A stretch of 64,000 nucleotides of DNA from Psammoneis japonica (Eukaryota): positions 1 through 64,000 of the forward strand of contig QPGO01000080.1 of the NCBI GenBank assembly GCA_008632985.1, read 5' to 3'. Each line of letters starts with the position of its first letter. Within the stretch, counting starts at the first letter, position 1. Made by a program: the position numbers and the translations under genes. The notes beneath the pieces were generated by a model, which did no database searches, had not been told where the DNA came from, and saw only the letters and a program-made list of their open reading frames with translations. Shown piece by piece: positions 13,138 through 26,500 of the stretch.

Positions 13138-14211
13138 TTACTTTTTCGATGATGCTTTCATTCTAGCCATTTTCGCTTGTTCATACCGCTGCTGCGCACT
13201 GTAGGCTTTTTCGAAATCCTCCTTGGTTTCCAATTTGAGAGGCGGAACAGCAATGGCTTTTCCATGGCTGTCGAGCGAAGCAAACACAAACTTTCCCTTC
13301 GCCACAATCACGTCATCTTCATTGTCAATGCTGTGCATAGAGACGGTCGACGCCACCACCTCTATCTCCAGCGTCTTGTTGGAACAAAAGACAACCCGTG
13401 ATTGAATGGTACAAATCTCACCGAGATGAACCCAGTGGACAAAATCCATGGCGGAAATCGCCACGGTGACAACATTGGTGCGGCAGTGACGAAAGGCCGA
13501 ACAACCCGCTGCATTGTCCATGAGTTTCATGACAAAGCCTCCAAAAGCGACACTGCTCGAATGACAATCACCAGGCAACACAACTTGGCTCAAGCTCTGT
13601 TGCGACTCGGCGGGAGTGCGTATAGCATTCTCGGGTGCCGTATAGGATGCTCTGCAGTTGGGACAGAGACAGCCTTCCTTTTCTAAACAAAAAGATCGGC
13701 ATGAATCATCTGAATCATCATCTCCAGCCGGTTCCTCTTGCAGCTTCTTACGCGATTCATATGCTTTCTTGGCCCTGTCATACTCGTCCATTGCAACCTT
13801 GTTGTTTGTATCCGGCTTGTATTCAGGAACTGCAATGGTTGTAGGCTTTTTCCATTTACTGTCTTCCTCGTCCGTGAGAGCCACATGCCATAATTCACCT
13901 GAATTGGTGATTTGTTTCTTGCCCTTGATTGCATCTTCTGCCGTTACAACCACCTTGACTAGTACAGAACGTTTTGAAGTAAATATAACACGAGCCGAAA
14001 CGGATGCGACTTGTCCGACAAGGACCGGTTTGTGAAAGGACATGTTTTCGAATCGCACCAGAGCTGTGACTGCACCTACATGACGCGTCGCTGTAATCAT
14101 GCCGGCTTCTTCCATCATTTTCAGTGTCGTTCCACCATGAACGTTACCCGCAGGATTGGCATCGTCAGGAAGCAAAAGGCGAGCCACGACGGCGGCAGCG
14201 TTATCCGTCAT
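13138..14211 (-). CDS. Acyl-CoA thioesterase with two hotdog domains (ACOT7/YciA-like)
   Basis: Intact intronless ORF with DANPAGNVHGG and DCHSSSVAFGGFVMKLMD motifs. Likely start MTDNA at 14211; alternative ATG at 14268. Confidence 0.9.
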   Translation of the reverse strand: MTDNAAAVVARLLLPDDANPAGNVHGGTTLKMMEEAGMITATRHVGAVTALVRFENMSFHKPVLVGQVASVSARVIFTSKRSVLVKVVVTAEDAIKGKKQITNSGELWHVALTDEEDSKWKKPTTIAVPEYKPDTNNKVAMDEYDRAKKAYESRKKLQEEPAGDDDSDDSCRSFCLEKEGCLCPNCRASYTAPENAIRTPAESQQSLSQVVLPGDCHSSSVAFGGFVMKLMDNAAGCSAFRHCRTNVVTVAISAMDFVHWVHLGEICTIQSRVVFCSNKTLEIEVVASTVSMHSIDNEDDVIVAKGKFVFASLDSHGKAIAVPPLKLETKEDFEKAYSAQQRYEQAKMARMKASSKK

Positions 14212-14493
14212 TGTCGTTATAATACAGTATGGTGTGCAACAACAACAACAAAAAAGGGCGGCCCGCATACTGTAGGTTTGGTGTACAAAAAAGTGAAGTC
14301 GTGCTCCCCCGGACCAAGACTTGCAACATAATTTTTATCCGTTAACACAATTTATGGGTACTGGCAGAAGCAGTGCTGGGAGCCCCCCACTCTTTGGTAG
14401 AGATTCAGAGAGTTGTTTTTGCGTTTGAACCAACAGCACGAAAGTCTGTAGCCCTGCATCCTGCGAGGCTCTCACAGTTCTCAGTTTGCCACC

Positions 14494-15618
14494 ATGTCGA
14501 CAGCTTCTTCTCCTGTCGATTTGTGCTCCTCACCCAAGAATGGTGATGATGGAGCCAACAACAATGAACTGTTGCGCTTGGCATTAAAAGCAAAAGCACC
14601 GCCTCAGAGCTTCTCTGCTCCAACGGAGAGGCTCGCCTGCTCGTCGTCTGAGTCTGATGACGATGAGCTGCGATGAGCTGTTTCGTTCATCTGGATTGAA
14701 CGTTGCTCGCCCTGGTGCTTCCAAAAAAGTCAAGAAGGAATCTTCTGGGAAGAAGCACAATGAAAACTGGGTGGAGAAGTGCAGCCAAGCACGGGTTCTG
14801 ATGGAAACTTCAATGCTTGCATTGCTTCACCCGACCAATCCTGTTCATGGCTGGATGCTGCGATGGCAGGAGGGAGTTGATGAATGTGGTGCAATGAGGG
14901 TCTGTGCCAAGGCCACTCCCCTGACCATTGGGAAAAGCATTTTGGCACCAGCCATGCCTTGACAAGTGGCAGGATTCAACTTGTCCGCCCCGCTGTTGCT
15001 GCCTTTGCAGACGCCAAGCACGACAACACCCAAGCATGACAACAAGATGAGGAAGAGAAACAATGTCATTGCTCCAGCGTCGGCAGTGTCCATGCGGCTG
15101 CTGCAGTTGCCAACCCTCCTGTCAAGCGTGGCAGAAGCAACAAAGGCAGATTCTCTTTTGAAACTAGCGGGCTTCCATTGAGCTCTAATTTTCAATGCAA
15201 AAACCGACTCAGCCAGGCACTGCACTGTTCATTCGTCGAGTTTGCCAATCGCAAGTTGGAGCATGGAGCATCAGCAAAGAACAGGGGCCACCACATGGTG
15301 GGCAAAGCATGGTTGAAAGCATGCAAGGAAATTTGTCAGGTGAGCATCTGCTTGCACCTCATTTCAGTGTTTTCCAACATTTTGTTTGCACCAATTTTTG
15401 TCCACTGTTTTCTGCAAGAGTGCAAACCATGTTGTGATTCCGTGGAAAGCGCCTCTCATCTACGTGGAGTTGGTCCTGAAATGATGGAGCATTTGGTTGT
15501 TTACTTTGGCACAGGTGGCTTCTCTGAACATGTCTTTTCCAACTGCAGACATTGTGCCGGTGGCTTCCCCAGAATGCTTGACACAGCCGGTGCCACATCT
15601 CCAGGACTTGGCCATTGA
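14494..15618 (+). pseudogene. Decayed gene with helix-hairpin-helix-like motif (LRGVGPEM)
   Basis: KAWLKACKEIC...SVESASHLRGVGPEMMEHL resembles HhH DNA-binding modules; probable intron at ~15340-15418; TpA-depleted. Confidence 0.35.
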
Positions 15619-15899
15619 AGTGAACTCAAAATGTCATTGTTGCACAAGCAACATGGTCACACTGTTTGGCCATGCCATCACAGTGAGACAATGTTCCTGC
15701 TCAACATTTTATGAGAAGCTTGCCATTTGCAGTTTGGCTTTCCGCAGCTACAACGTTGTGGTTTCATGCCCCACTCATGGCAACCGTGACTGAGTGAATT
15801 GTCCATTGTTGTGGTTTCTACAAGGGAATGGATGATGGCCAGGCATCACATTTGAAATGATGTTTTTCATGACAATGGTTTCAATTTTTCCACAAATGG

Positions 15900-18800
15900 T
15901 CATCACAAAAAAAGATTTGTACAAAAGCACTTTTGTGGCACAGCACAACATTTGATCACAAGTGTGATTTGGGTCCCAGCAACAAAAGCATCCACAGAAA
16001 TTGGTCCATCCACCAGGGGGTCGGGCATGTCAAGGGAGGGTCCAAAGCCAAAATTGCTTGGGTTTGCTGGCAACTTGGTGGAGGGGTTGTTCCTGAGGTG
16101 CGCTGGGGGCTCTGGCTGTTTGGTGCAGTGCTGCAATGTCTGCTTGGCATGGAACTGGAATGCTGGGGCATTGCTGCAGACACAAGTGTTGTTGGGAAAG
16201 TTGGGTGGCTCAGGCAACTCTGAGTTGGTGGATTCCATGAAGAAGCCCCTTCCTTTGGCAAGGTTTCTTTGGTTGCCAGGTGCTTGGTTTCAAATGACAC
16301 TGTTGATGGCACTTGAAACTTGGCATTGGAGCTTGTTGAGGGGTGTTTTGTTGATGTGTTCTACAACAAAAAATGACAGCTGCCAAGGCTCCTCTGCAGT
16401 CATGATGCACCCTCAAGTCAGCTTGTGCAAGATCACATTCATTTTTTTCATGGGTTCATTTCTCCAGTGTTGTCAATTCAACAAGCACTTCAAAATTCAA
16501 ATCATGTTGTTGACAGCATGCAGTGCCAAGTGCTCAGCATGAGCCAATCATTGCAACCACTGACTGCACCTTGCACAAACAACACCAATCATCATGAATT
16601 GCACAGCTCCAATCCCTGTCAAATTGTGCAAGCTCATCTTCATCTGGCAAAGGAACATGCACTTCCTGTTCAGGTTGCAAATCAGGTGGGATTCAGTGCA
16701 TTTTGCATGCATCCATCTCTTCCACCACTGCAAAACAGCTCTGCAAAATGGTGTTTTTTCATGACTGGTTTGTTGGGATGAGAGTCAAGCAAGAAAAAGC
16801 ACCATGAGGACATGCCTGATGTTGTGAAGCTCTTTGTTGTTGAATTTCTGGCAGTTGCAGAGTGCTTCTTTTTGGAGCTGTTTTGCTGCAGCTGTGTCTG
16901 TGACATGCTTTTGAGATGCCCTTGTTGTGGCCATTTGTCAAAAAGAGTGCTTTGAGCACATGCTGAGATGTGACAAAAATTCAACAGCATGGGAAGCAAA
17001 AAAAAGCCATCAAGGCCAGGAGAGAGTTGTTGAGCCAACAAATTTTGCACCAGAACAGTGCCAACACAGCCCAACAACAATGCTGGCAACACACACCAGG
17101 AATGGAGCTCCACTGCCAAGAGCATGCAAGGGGACCACATGTCCAGCCAAAATCAGAGCAAAAATTACAAGCACACAGTCAATGAAATGACCAAATTTGC
17201 ACGTGCTTGGGGTTTTCCATCACAGGGAATTCCTCAGTTGGTCCTGAATTTTCTCAGATGAGGAGGAAAGACAAGGAAGCCAGACTGGGAAAATTCATTT
17301 GTTGCAATTTGCTGCACAGTTGCAGCTGGTGTGGTCTTTTCATCCAGCAGTTGACTTGTCTGGAGCCTGCAGCTGCTGAAATGCTTCACAAGCACTGCAC
17401 ACAACAAGTGAGATAGATGCCATTGGGGACCACATTCTTGGTGAAATTGCCCCACCTTGTCTTGCTTTGCCACATTTTGTTTTGCTGCTCCTCTCATCAA
17501 GATGTCACACTGTGGTGTGTGCAAGCAGCTTCTTCAATGGCTTTAGTCTGTTTTCCTGACAGCACAAATTGTGTGTCTTTCACACCTTTTCCACGTCTCT
17601 CTTCAAGTGCACAATGACATTCTTCAACATTTGAATGGTGGTCTTCAAGTCTTTCACACTGAGCCAGGAACTTCCGGCAGCATGGCAAAAATCTGATGCC
17701 ACACTTTTTGAGCATTTGGTCAACTTTTCAGTTTCTTGTCTCTTCTTCAGGATCCTGAGGGTGGCCAACCATCACATCTCATCAGCACATGTCATGACCA
17801 CAACAAAAATGACTTCATTGGAAGAGCACAACAGAGAGTGTGTTTTTCATCATTGCCACTCCTCCAAATGTTGACTTGTGACATCCCGTGCACATTGTCA
17901 GTGTGGAGCTCCCTGAGCTCATTCTGATCACCTGCATTGTCCATTGTCAACAATGGCTGTGAATGTCAAGAAGAGTTACATTCATGTGATGGGTGGTGGT
18001 GTGGTGAGCAACAGCAGTGGTGAGTGGCATGCAAACAAGTGGCATCATTGCAAGATTGGCTGGCAATGTCACAATCAGCAATGCCACAATCTCTGCGGGA
18101 CCCACAAAGATTTTTCCTTGTCTTCTTGTTCCTCATCTTGTGCTGACTGCTTTCTCTCAGAAACATGACAGAAAACCCTGCATGTTCTGGCCAGCTGGCC
18201 ACAGGCTCAAGTTCAAGAAACAGGCTGGTGTGAAGGGCTGCTGCGTGAACCCCATTTTGCGAATGTGTGGGTTGGCCTGCATGTTTTTTGCTGTCTTTTC
18301 TGTGCACATTTTGGTGCTGAAATTACATGCATTCTGAGAGTTGCCATTTCTTTCTTCAATGCTGAAGTGCACAGCACTGTTCTTTGCCTTGACAACTGGT
18401 GGCAGCTGAGTCGTCTGAAGAGGTTGTTGAAGAAGAGGATGATTTTGAAGAATGTGATGACATTCTGCCCAACATTGAAAGTGAAGCTTCTGCCCAAGTG
18501 AGTCAGTGGGTGTCAAATGCCACAGACCTGGATGAGATTGTGGCACCTGAGGTGCTGCCTGGCTGACACTGCCCTCCCCCTCTTGTCACTTCAGAGGAGC
18601 CACCAAATCATGCAGACTGCAGGGAAAAGTTGGACAAGTTTTTTTAAGTGTGCCTTTGTGATCAATCAAACACCCAGATGTGGACATTGTGACAAAACTC
18701 ACCAAGGAAAGGTGATGACATGGAGTTTGATGTTCTTTTGCAATCTCTGAGCATTTTTCAGAATAAACTGCATTGTTCTCAGTGGTGGCTCAAGTGCAAA

Positions 18801-19350
18801 CAATCAAAGGGTGTTGTTCCTCCTCCTGTCTGCAAATGTGATGGATGCAAAATTTGTGAAATTGTAAAAGCAATTGATGCATCAAAATGTGTTGAGGATG
18901 CTGTGTTGAAAACAGCTTCAGCATCAACTGCCAACAGTGTGAGGCTCAATGCAATTGCTCAAAGTGAAGTTCTCAAACCTCTCTTTTGTGATCTGCGGTG
19001 CCAGCTCCATCGTGTCCTTCAAAATCTTTGTGTCCACAGGATTGTCAACCTCCTCTGTTGTCTCAGCCAATTCAATCTTGCTTTCAAGCTGCTTGATTTG
19101 AAGTTTGAGTTGATTCTTCTTTGCCTTCTTGGCATGAGCTCTCTGACAGTCTTCATTGCATCAGCTGTCTTGTCCACTCCTGGCACGTGTGCTGCCATGC
19201 TGTTCAGATGCATGTTGGGCTTGATGGGGTGGGGCTTGTTCATCTGACACTGAACAGATGCCATTGACTTGGACAATGCACTGCAGCTGCAACAGGAGAG
19301 TTTAGAAGCACTGCCACTGAGGTGCATCTCAAAGACCAAATCACAAGCTT
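15900..19350. other. Old, strongly decayed repeat or pseudogenic DNA of unassigned class
   Basis: Almost no TpA or CpG; no recognisable domain. Confidence 0.3.
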
Positions 19351-19611
19351 CTCTGGCAAAGAATCCTGTCAGGACATTTCAGCGAACACACCCTCACTAG
19401 AACTTCCCCCATGTTGATGCATGCTGTGATGTCATGGCCGCAATGTCAGACTCTGGCTCAACGTGGTGAAACACTGTGATGCAGCGTCACAACCCAAGGT
19501 CAGATTTCCCTCTGTGTGCTCATGCAGTGTGCTGCACATCATGATGTTTTTACACTGATGTCACCACCACAATGTCAGATTCTGGCATGCCACGGATGGA
19601 CCACATCATGC

Positions 19612-20484
19612 GACGTCATGGCGGTCAGGTCAGATTTCCCTCTCCCTGTGCCGTTTCTACACACACCCCCACCAACCACCAACCGGCACTAAAACCACCA
19701 TGATGGCATCATCAACCGTTGCCAGATTTTGCCACCAAACACTTTACCCACCAACAATGCCATTGCATGGCATGATTTGTTTTGCTCTGATGAACGCATC
19801 TGTGAAAAGAGAGGTGAGATAAAGTCCAAAAATGAACAAGAACTGCTTCTGTCATTGTGCTGTCACTTCATTCTCACATTCTCAGTTGGCAAATCACTCT
19901 GCGGCATTTGACAGATTGCATTGATTCAATGCATTTTTTTGTTTTCTCAACCTCTTGTTTTCCTTTAATCTTTGTCCATGTTTCTGCAGGAAAATGCCAT
20001 GTCATGCGGGGCGGCTCAAGTTGGCACCATGTCATTTGGGCAGCTCAAGTGACGTCATGACGGTCAGGTCAGATTTCCCTCTCCCCGCGCAGTTTCTACA
20101 CACACCGCCGCCAACCGGCACTAAAACCACCATGACGGCATCATCAACCGTTGCCAGATTTTGCCACCAAACACTTTACCCACCAACAATGCCATTGCAT
20201 GGCATGATTTTTTTTCCTCTGATGAGTGCATCTGTGAAAAGAGAGGTGAGACAAAGTCCAAAAATGAATGAGAGCTGCTTCTGTCATTGTGCTGTCACTT
20301 CATTCTCACATTCTCAGTTGGCAAATCACTCCGCGGCATTTGACGGATTGCATGATTGATTCAATGCATTTTTTTGTTTTCTCAACCTCTTGTTTTCCTT
20401 TGATCTTTGTCCATGTTTCTGCAGGAAAATGCCGTGTCATGCAGGGCAGCTCAAGTTGACACCATGTCATTCGGGCAGCTCAAG
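19612..20484 (+). repeat. ~440-bp tandem duplication (19612-20050, 20051-20484), followed by short ggcRgctcaag repeats to ~20610
   Basis: Both units begin gacgtcatgRcggtcaggtcagatttccctctccc and align throughout; many differences are CG vs TG/CA. Confidence 0.92.
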
Positions 20485-23400
20485 TGGATGCTGCAGCACA
20501 TGAGGTGGCTCAACAAGTGGATGTGCCAACACCTCACTGGGCGGCTCAAGCAGATGCCAGCACCTTGCTGGGCAGCTCAAGCAGATGCCAGCACCTCACC
20601 AGGTGGCTCAACTTGAATGCCACATGGAGTGGTCCAAGGGTGAAGAGTGTTCATTCAGTTTTTACATCCACTGTCTGCCACTTTTTGAAAAGTCCAGCCA
20701 CAAATGGCAGACAAGGTTGCTCTTGTCTCTGAACATTTTGAGCAACTGCCTGGGTTGATGGCTGCAGCTGTGCCCAGGTGACATCTTTCTGCAAAGTTGT
20801 TCACATGGCCTGGGATGCCTGTGGCTGTCCTTCCCACCTCCAAACATTGAGACAGCCTTAGAGAGAAATGGGTTTGCTCCCTGGCAAGACTGAGAGTGGC
20901 ACCTCCAAGGAAGGGGGTGCCACTCAATGTTGCAGACCCAAAATCTCTGTCGAAAGGGTTTGGCTGCCCCCAAAAGCTGGTGCATGTGGGTTGTTGGCGT
21001 TTTGCTGGTTGTGGCAACCCTGAAACTCTGTGGAGGATGTGACAACCAACAGTGATGGATGCACTTGTGAAAAAACAACAAAACAGCAAATTCAAAAATC
21101 ATGGAAAATGAACTCTGTGCAGACTGCAGAGCACGTTGCAAATCACAGAGTCAGGGGCTGCAGCAACGCACTGTCAACCCACATCAAGGCACGGGGAGGG
21201 GCTGCGGCAGTGGCAGCTGCAAAAGACACAAACTCTGCCATGGAGCAAGCCGGAGCTGCTTTGACAATGTCAGGCATGGGTTGGGGCCACGGCGGCACCG
21301 TCAATGGCAGCTGCTAGACTGCAAGTGGTGCGTCGTACCTAAAATCTGACGCCACATTTTTTGTGATGTGCCGCACAAAAAAGGGGTCCACATCACAAGG
21401 AAATCGGACGTTGCGAGAGGGATCTTCATCAACAAAGGAAAACGTTGGCATGAAATGAACTTTTTTTAAGGCTGGATGTCTGCGTTGTTCAAAATGACCA
21501 CATTGAACAAATTTGTGGCCACATGTCATCATTGTTTAAATTCAAAATTAAGAACTTCAGCAATGGACATTTCCAACACCTGCAAATGGCAACCATGAAA
21601 ACTTCAAAAACTGCAGAGGACACATCCGATGGAGCTGCAACCAACACAAATCTGCTTTTTGACTGAACATTGGACACGAAGCATGAACAACTGGAGTGCA
21701 ACCGGGGGTGCACTCGGTCTTCCTTCCCGCATGAATGGTGCCAACAACAGGAACCCCCAAACCATCACAGGCGGAATGAGATGGACAACAAATGGACAGG
21801 ATGCCACAGACAAGAGAAACAATCAAGATTGATGCTGCAAGGTTTGCTTTAAGATGCAGAGCAGGAAACCAAGCAGGTGGAGGAGGACAAAGACATCGAA
21901 GAGGCAAGTGCGTGCCACACGTGTGACTTGCAATGTTGTCTCCATTGACAACAAGAACAACACACGGTTCTCTTGCAGTTGCAAATGTCTTTCACAGGTG
22001 GGAGCTTGTCGGGTTCAAATGCAAACATTGCAAAACCGAGAGGACGGAGAACGACCGTAGAGCGGGTTGGATGTGCAAAAAACAATGGGTGCTGTGGGGC
22101 GGCACATTGCATTGCTTGCAGTGACCAACAGTTGCAGAGTGGGGGCGTCTCTGGAAGAAACAAAAGATGGAAGCACAAGATCATGGGAATGGCAGCTGGC
22201 GCGGCATCCAACGGTGACGAACTTGGCAAAAGCGGAAACAACAGGATGGTTTGACCAACAGTGAAACAGTGCAGTGCATGTTGCCAGTTGTTGCATGATG
22301 ATTTTGTCATGTGTCAAAATGTGCAGCATCAGATTGGGCGAAACGGCTGAGCCGAGATGGAAAATGCACAATGTGAGACAGCACAAACGCCCATTTCAGA
22401 GTTTAGCCCAGATGGGCCAGATCAAAAATTCTGACATTGCAATGGTGATGTCATCCCTTTGGGGTGGAATGGATCTGACGTTGTGAAATTGCATCACAGT
22501 GTGACACCAACAAGTCTCAGAACTGGAGTGAGTGACATTCTTGGGTGATGTCACGGGAGTGCAAGTCAGGTGACAGGTGATTTGCCTTGACATGACAACC
22601 CTTGACACGATGCAACACAGACGGGAAACCCCCAAGTTGCAGCAGGACCCCTCCACATGTGGCAGCAAAGGGATCCAGCAGCCAGACATGTCAAGGGAGG
22701 GAAAAGTCCCCCAAGTTGGGCTCCATCTCAGGAGAAATGGGTTTTCTGTGTGTGCCACAGGAATTGACAAGACAGTTGACATGGCATTGGGTGACATGGT
22801 TTCCAACTGTCATCCTTCTTTGATCAGTGTGCATGAGGCCAATCAATTGACAACTCATGCAAAGGAGTGTGTTGGAGCTTTGGGGGTTCGAGGCTGTTTT
22901 TTTGGAGGACAGACAGACAATGTTGCAGTCAATGGTGCACTGACAACTGCTGATGACATGTTGAACTTGTGCTCACAACCCATGATGGGTTGTGGGTCTT
23001 GGACACATTGTGTGATGTCATGCCACCATTTTCAACAAGTGAGCTTCAGTTGCCCATGACACTTGAGCTGTTGTCTGGCTGCTGTGCACATGGTGAGCTG
23101 GGGTCAGGGTTGGCCAGCAGCCATGCAAATCATTTGGTGATGCTCACCAAACAATTGATGGCATGCCACACAGTTTGAATTTTTGTGTGCAGCACTTGAG
23201 GTTGTTTTTGACGTGAGAGCTTGCACTCAACAATGATGTGCAGTGCAGCATGCAGTGACATTGGCAATGGCAAAAGAGAATGTTGATGCAAGCAGCAAGA
23301 TGCTGACAAATGAAGTCATGCTGCTGATGCGTTCATTGAATGCAGTGTGCTGACAAGTTTTGGCAGCTGCAGTCTCTAGAAAAAATGACTGCCAGATGAA

Positions 23401-23575
23401 CTCATCATGTTGGTTGCATCTGCTCCCACAATTCATGTGCAGCAGATCATGACACAAAAATTTTCCCAATTTAGTTTCCATTTCTTTGCTTGTTGTCTTT
23501 CCTCAATTCTGCAGAAATTCTGGGTGGGTCAAATGAGGAACCAGTCTGTCATGTGTTCACTCCAAACAATTTCTG

Positions 23576-26500
23576 TCACTGGTCTAAATGCAAAACCAAA
23601 ATTCTGTGTTTGTGGTGCTGCCATGCTTCCACCCTGCAACTCCGGCAACAAGCCAACCCACACCCCCAGCACACTAAAAGTGCGGCAGGAGTGAACAGTG
23701 GTTGGCCAAGATCGGCGTCACCCGAGGGTGACGCCGCGCCAAAACAACTTGCGATGGTTCTGGTGCCTCGTGCAGCCAAACGTTTGGCTTTGCGCATGCT
23801 TGATTTAAAGACTGGTTTGAACATGGCCAACCAGTTTCGAATCCGGTGAGTGGAGTGTGACAGGTGTTCTTCCACCGAATCAAGGAGGAGCGCCTTGTCT
23901 CTCGCAAGACAATCGTCTGTACGAGAACAAATGGCCTTAACCTCTGCTTCTGCGTCTCGTCTTTGAGACGACTTCCTCGTTTCCGAATCGTGCCCGTGTG
24001 CAGCGTCGTTGTGAGCGTCCCAGAGGTCCCACCACTGCTCCCATGTGAAATTCCCAATGGTTGCAGCCCAATCCAGCCGTTTCTGTTGATCTGAGAGAGT
24101 CCGACAAACGCCGCTCGACGAAAGGTAAGAGGTTTGCGTCGCATTCCACTGGACAGAAAAACGGCCATTGAACAACTGACGCCAACCTGTTTCCCCTTGG
24201 GAATGAAATGCGGGCACGACGCTGTGATGAAATTGTTCCGAGTGCAAAAGCTCGCCTCGAAACCATGCTTCAACAGCCGAAATTGTCAAGTCTCGCAAGG
24301 AAGGAGACGTGTGAACATCATCGCACTTCTTGCATGATCCTTGTAAAAATTTTCTGTGCCAGGCTTCATTGTGAGGGCAACGGAGAATGTGATCTCTATC
24401 TTCCATGGGGTCCTGACAGTGAACACAACAGTCCGGATGTGTCGGATTGCACCTGTGTGCAATCTTGTTGGTGGGCAGAAGATCTTGAACCAGCTTGACG
24501 GCACTGACTTTTTGACGAATGTTTCGTGACATCAATTTCGAATGAACGTCCCAATCAATCGATGCGCACACTTCGTCGGACCAACTGCATTTCTCTTTCA
24601 TGTGCTGAACCAGTGCGGGACTCAACGCCTGACATCTGACAACCGGCTTGCATTTGGAAGAAACAGTGGCTCCTTGAAGAAGCAGGTTTGCTCGGCAATG
24701 AGGCATGCGGGGAGCAGCAAGAGCATCGCCCGCAAATCGACCTTGGAATTGTCCAGCGAGTCTGTCGGCACGTGTGTTCAACTTCGCCGCTTGAGAGAGA
24801 GAGTCAATGGGAAGGACATCGTCTTGGTGTCCCTTCACCCAGTGAATCTCGACTGCAGGACACGACAGTTCATCAGTGCGTGCTTCTGACAGCTGTCTCA
24901 GGGAATGGAAGACCTCATTGACAATGTCCCAATCCGGAGAGAGAGTGTTGGCAACATGAAAACGCCAGTGGAAGTCTCCTTGGATCTCCTCCTCGTCGGT
25001 GGGATGAGGAATCACCTGGAAATTCGAGACAGTGCGAATGAGAGCGGAATTGTCGCAATGCAAATCGGCGCCGCTGACCTGTGTAGAACAACAGTCTGAC
25101 AATCGGATCAGAAAACGGAGAAAAGACAGTGGACCGCATGCCTCCGCACGATGAGACGATGGGCGAAAACCGAAAACTGGACCGGCACAATCCACAAGAG
25201 GAACCCCGTCGATCGCAATCGTCCACCCGAATGTGCCTTTGAAATGGAGGACCGAACCGTCGCTAGCTGCTGAAACCTTGTGGGTGACGAGGAGCTCAGC
25301 GATTTCAAACACAGACCGATGTAAATGCAATTCTTCGAACAGAGCAGATTCCCACCGAGGAAGAGACCGCAGCATGGCCAAGAAATCATTCGGGATGGGA
25401 GGGACTGTCGGCAAGGACACTGGAGAACCGAATGACTTGATCCGCCACAAACTGGTTGTAGTCGCATCTACCAGCACAGGGGAAGCAGCTGGGGAAAGAT
25501 CTGGAATGTTTTCCAGAGTGGTGAGAGTCTCCGCACAACCTTGGTGCACTGGGAAAATCTCGAAACCCGAATCTCCACGAATGTACAAGCAATCCTCGGA
25601 GGATTCGTAATGTGCGACATGTGTCATGCGCATTTCCGTAGCTGGTGCAACCCATTGACCTAAAGGGTGTCGTAGATCGAGCGAGTCTGCTTTGCAAAAC
25701 AAGGAACAGGCTCGACGCCACTGTTTCCATGCCCGAGCGGATGGACGTTGTTGTTCGACAGGATTCAGAGTGCTGCGACTGCTGAGAAGGAACGATCGGC
25801 CATTCACTTTAAAGGGATCGAGCGAAAAACCATCCGGAGAGGCAACATCCAATGGAGTCAAAACATTTAGATAAAGACGACAGCAGTTGACCCACCGCAT
25901 CTCACGATCACTGAACGCCTGGGATTGAAGTGCAACGTCCATGATGCATTGGTCATTGTCTCGCTGGAGTGGAAGCACTCCAGCACAATCACAATCAATG
26001 GTGGCATCGATCCGGGCCAAGAATGAACGTAAGGACATGAACCATTTCGATTCGGAATGAGGGAGCTTGGCATGGACGTCCTGAAGAAAACTCACACCTG
26101 TGCCAAGCTGCAACTGAATCCACGATGCAGCGATTCGCGATGACACCTGAGGTTGCCCAGAGCCCCGCCAGTGGGTGAGAAACTGCAGAACCTGCGCTGC
26201 ACCCTGTTCCACATCTAAAGACCTGAAACCACCGCCTCCCAGGGAACAAGGTCCGAAGAGGACGTCACGTTTCGAGTTCCGATTGTGTCCGCATTTGGCA
26301 AAAATGGCACGCGTGGCCTTCCTCTGTACTTCGAGCAACTCTTTCTCCTTGAAGTGAGTGTTCGGGAGAACATGCGTGGTTGCAGACAGATGACAAGCAA
26401 AACAGTGAGTCCATGACTCGTGTCGATCTAAAGGACAAGACCGAAGGAACAGGGCAATGCCGTCACTCTTTTGTTTCAGAGCCGAGTGCTGGGTCTTTTG

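Noticed and set aside
20007..20610. CRISPR-like array (ggcRgctcaag motifs with spacers)
   Set aside because: Motifs are short, degenerate and irregularly spaced, the spacers are related to each other, there are no cas genes, and the context is eukaryotic.
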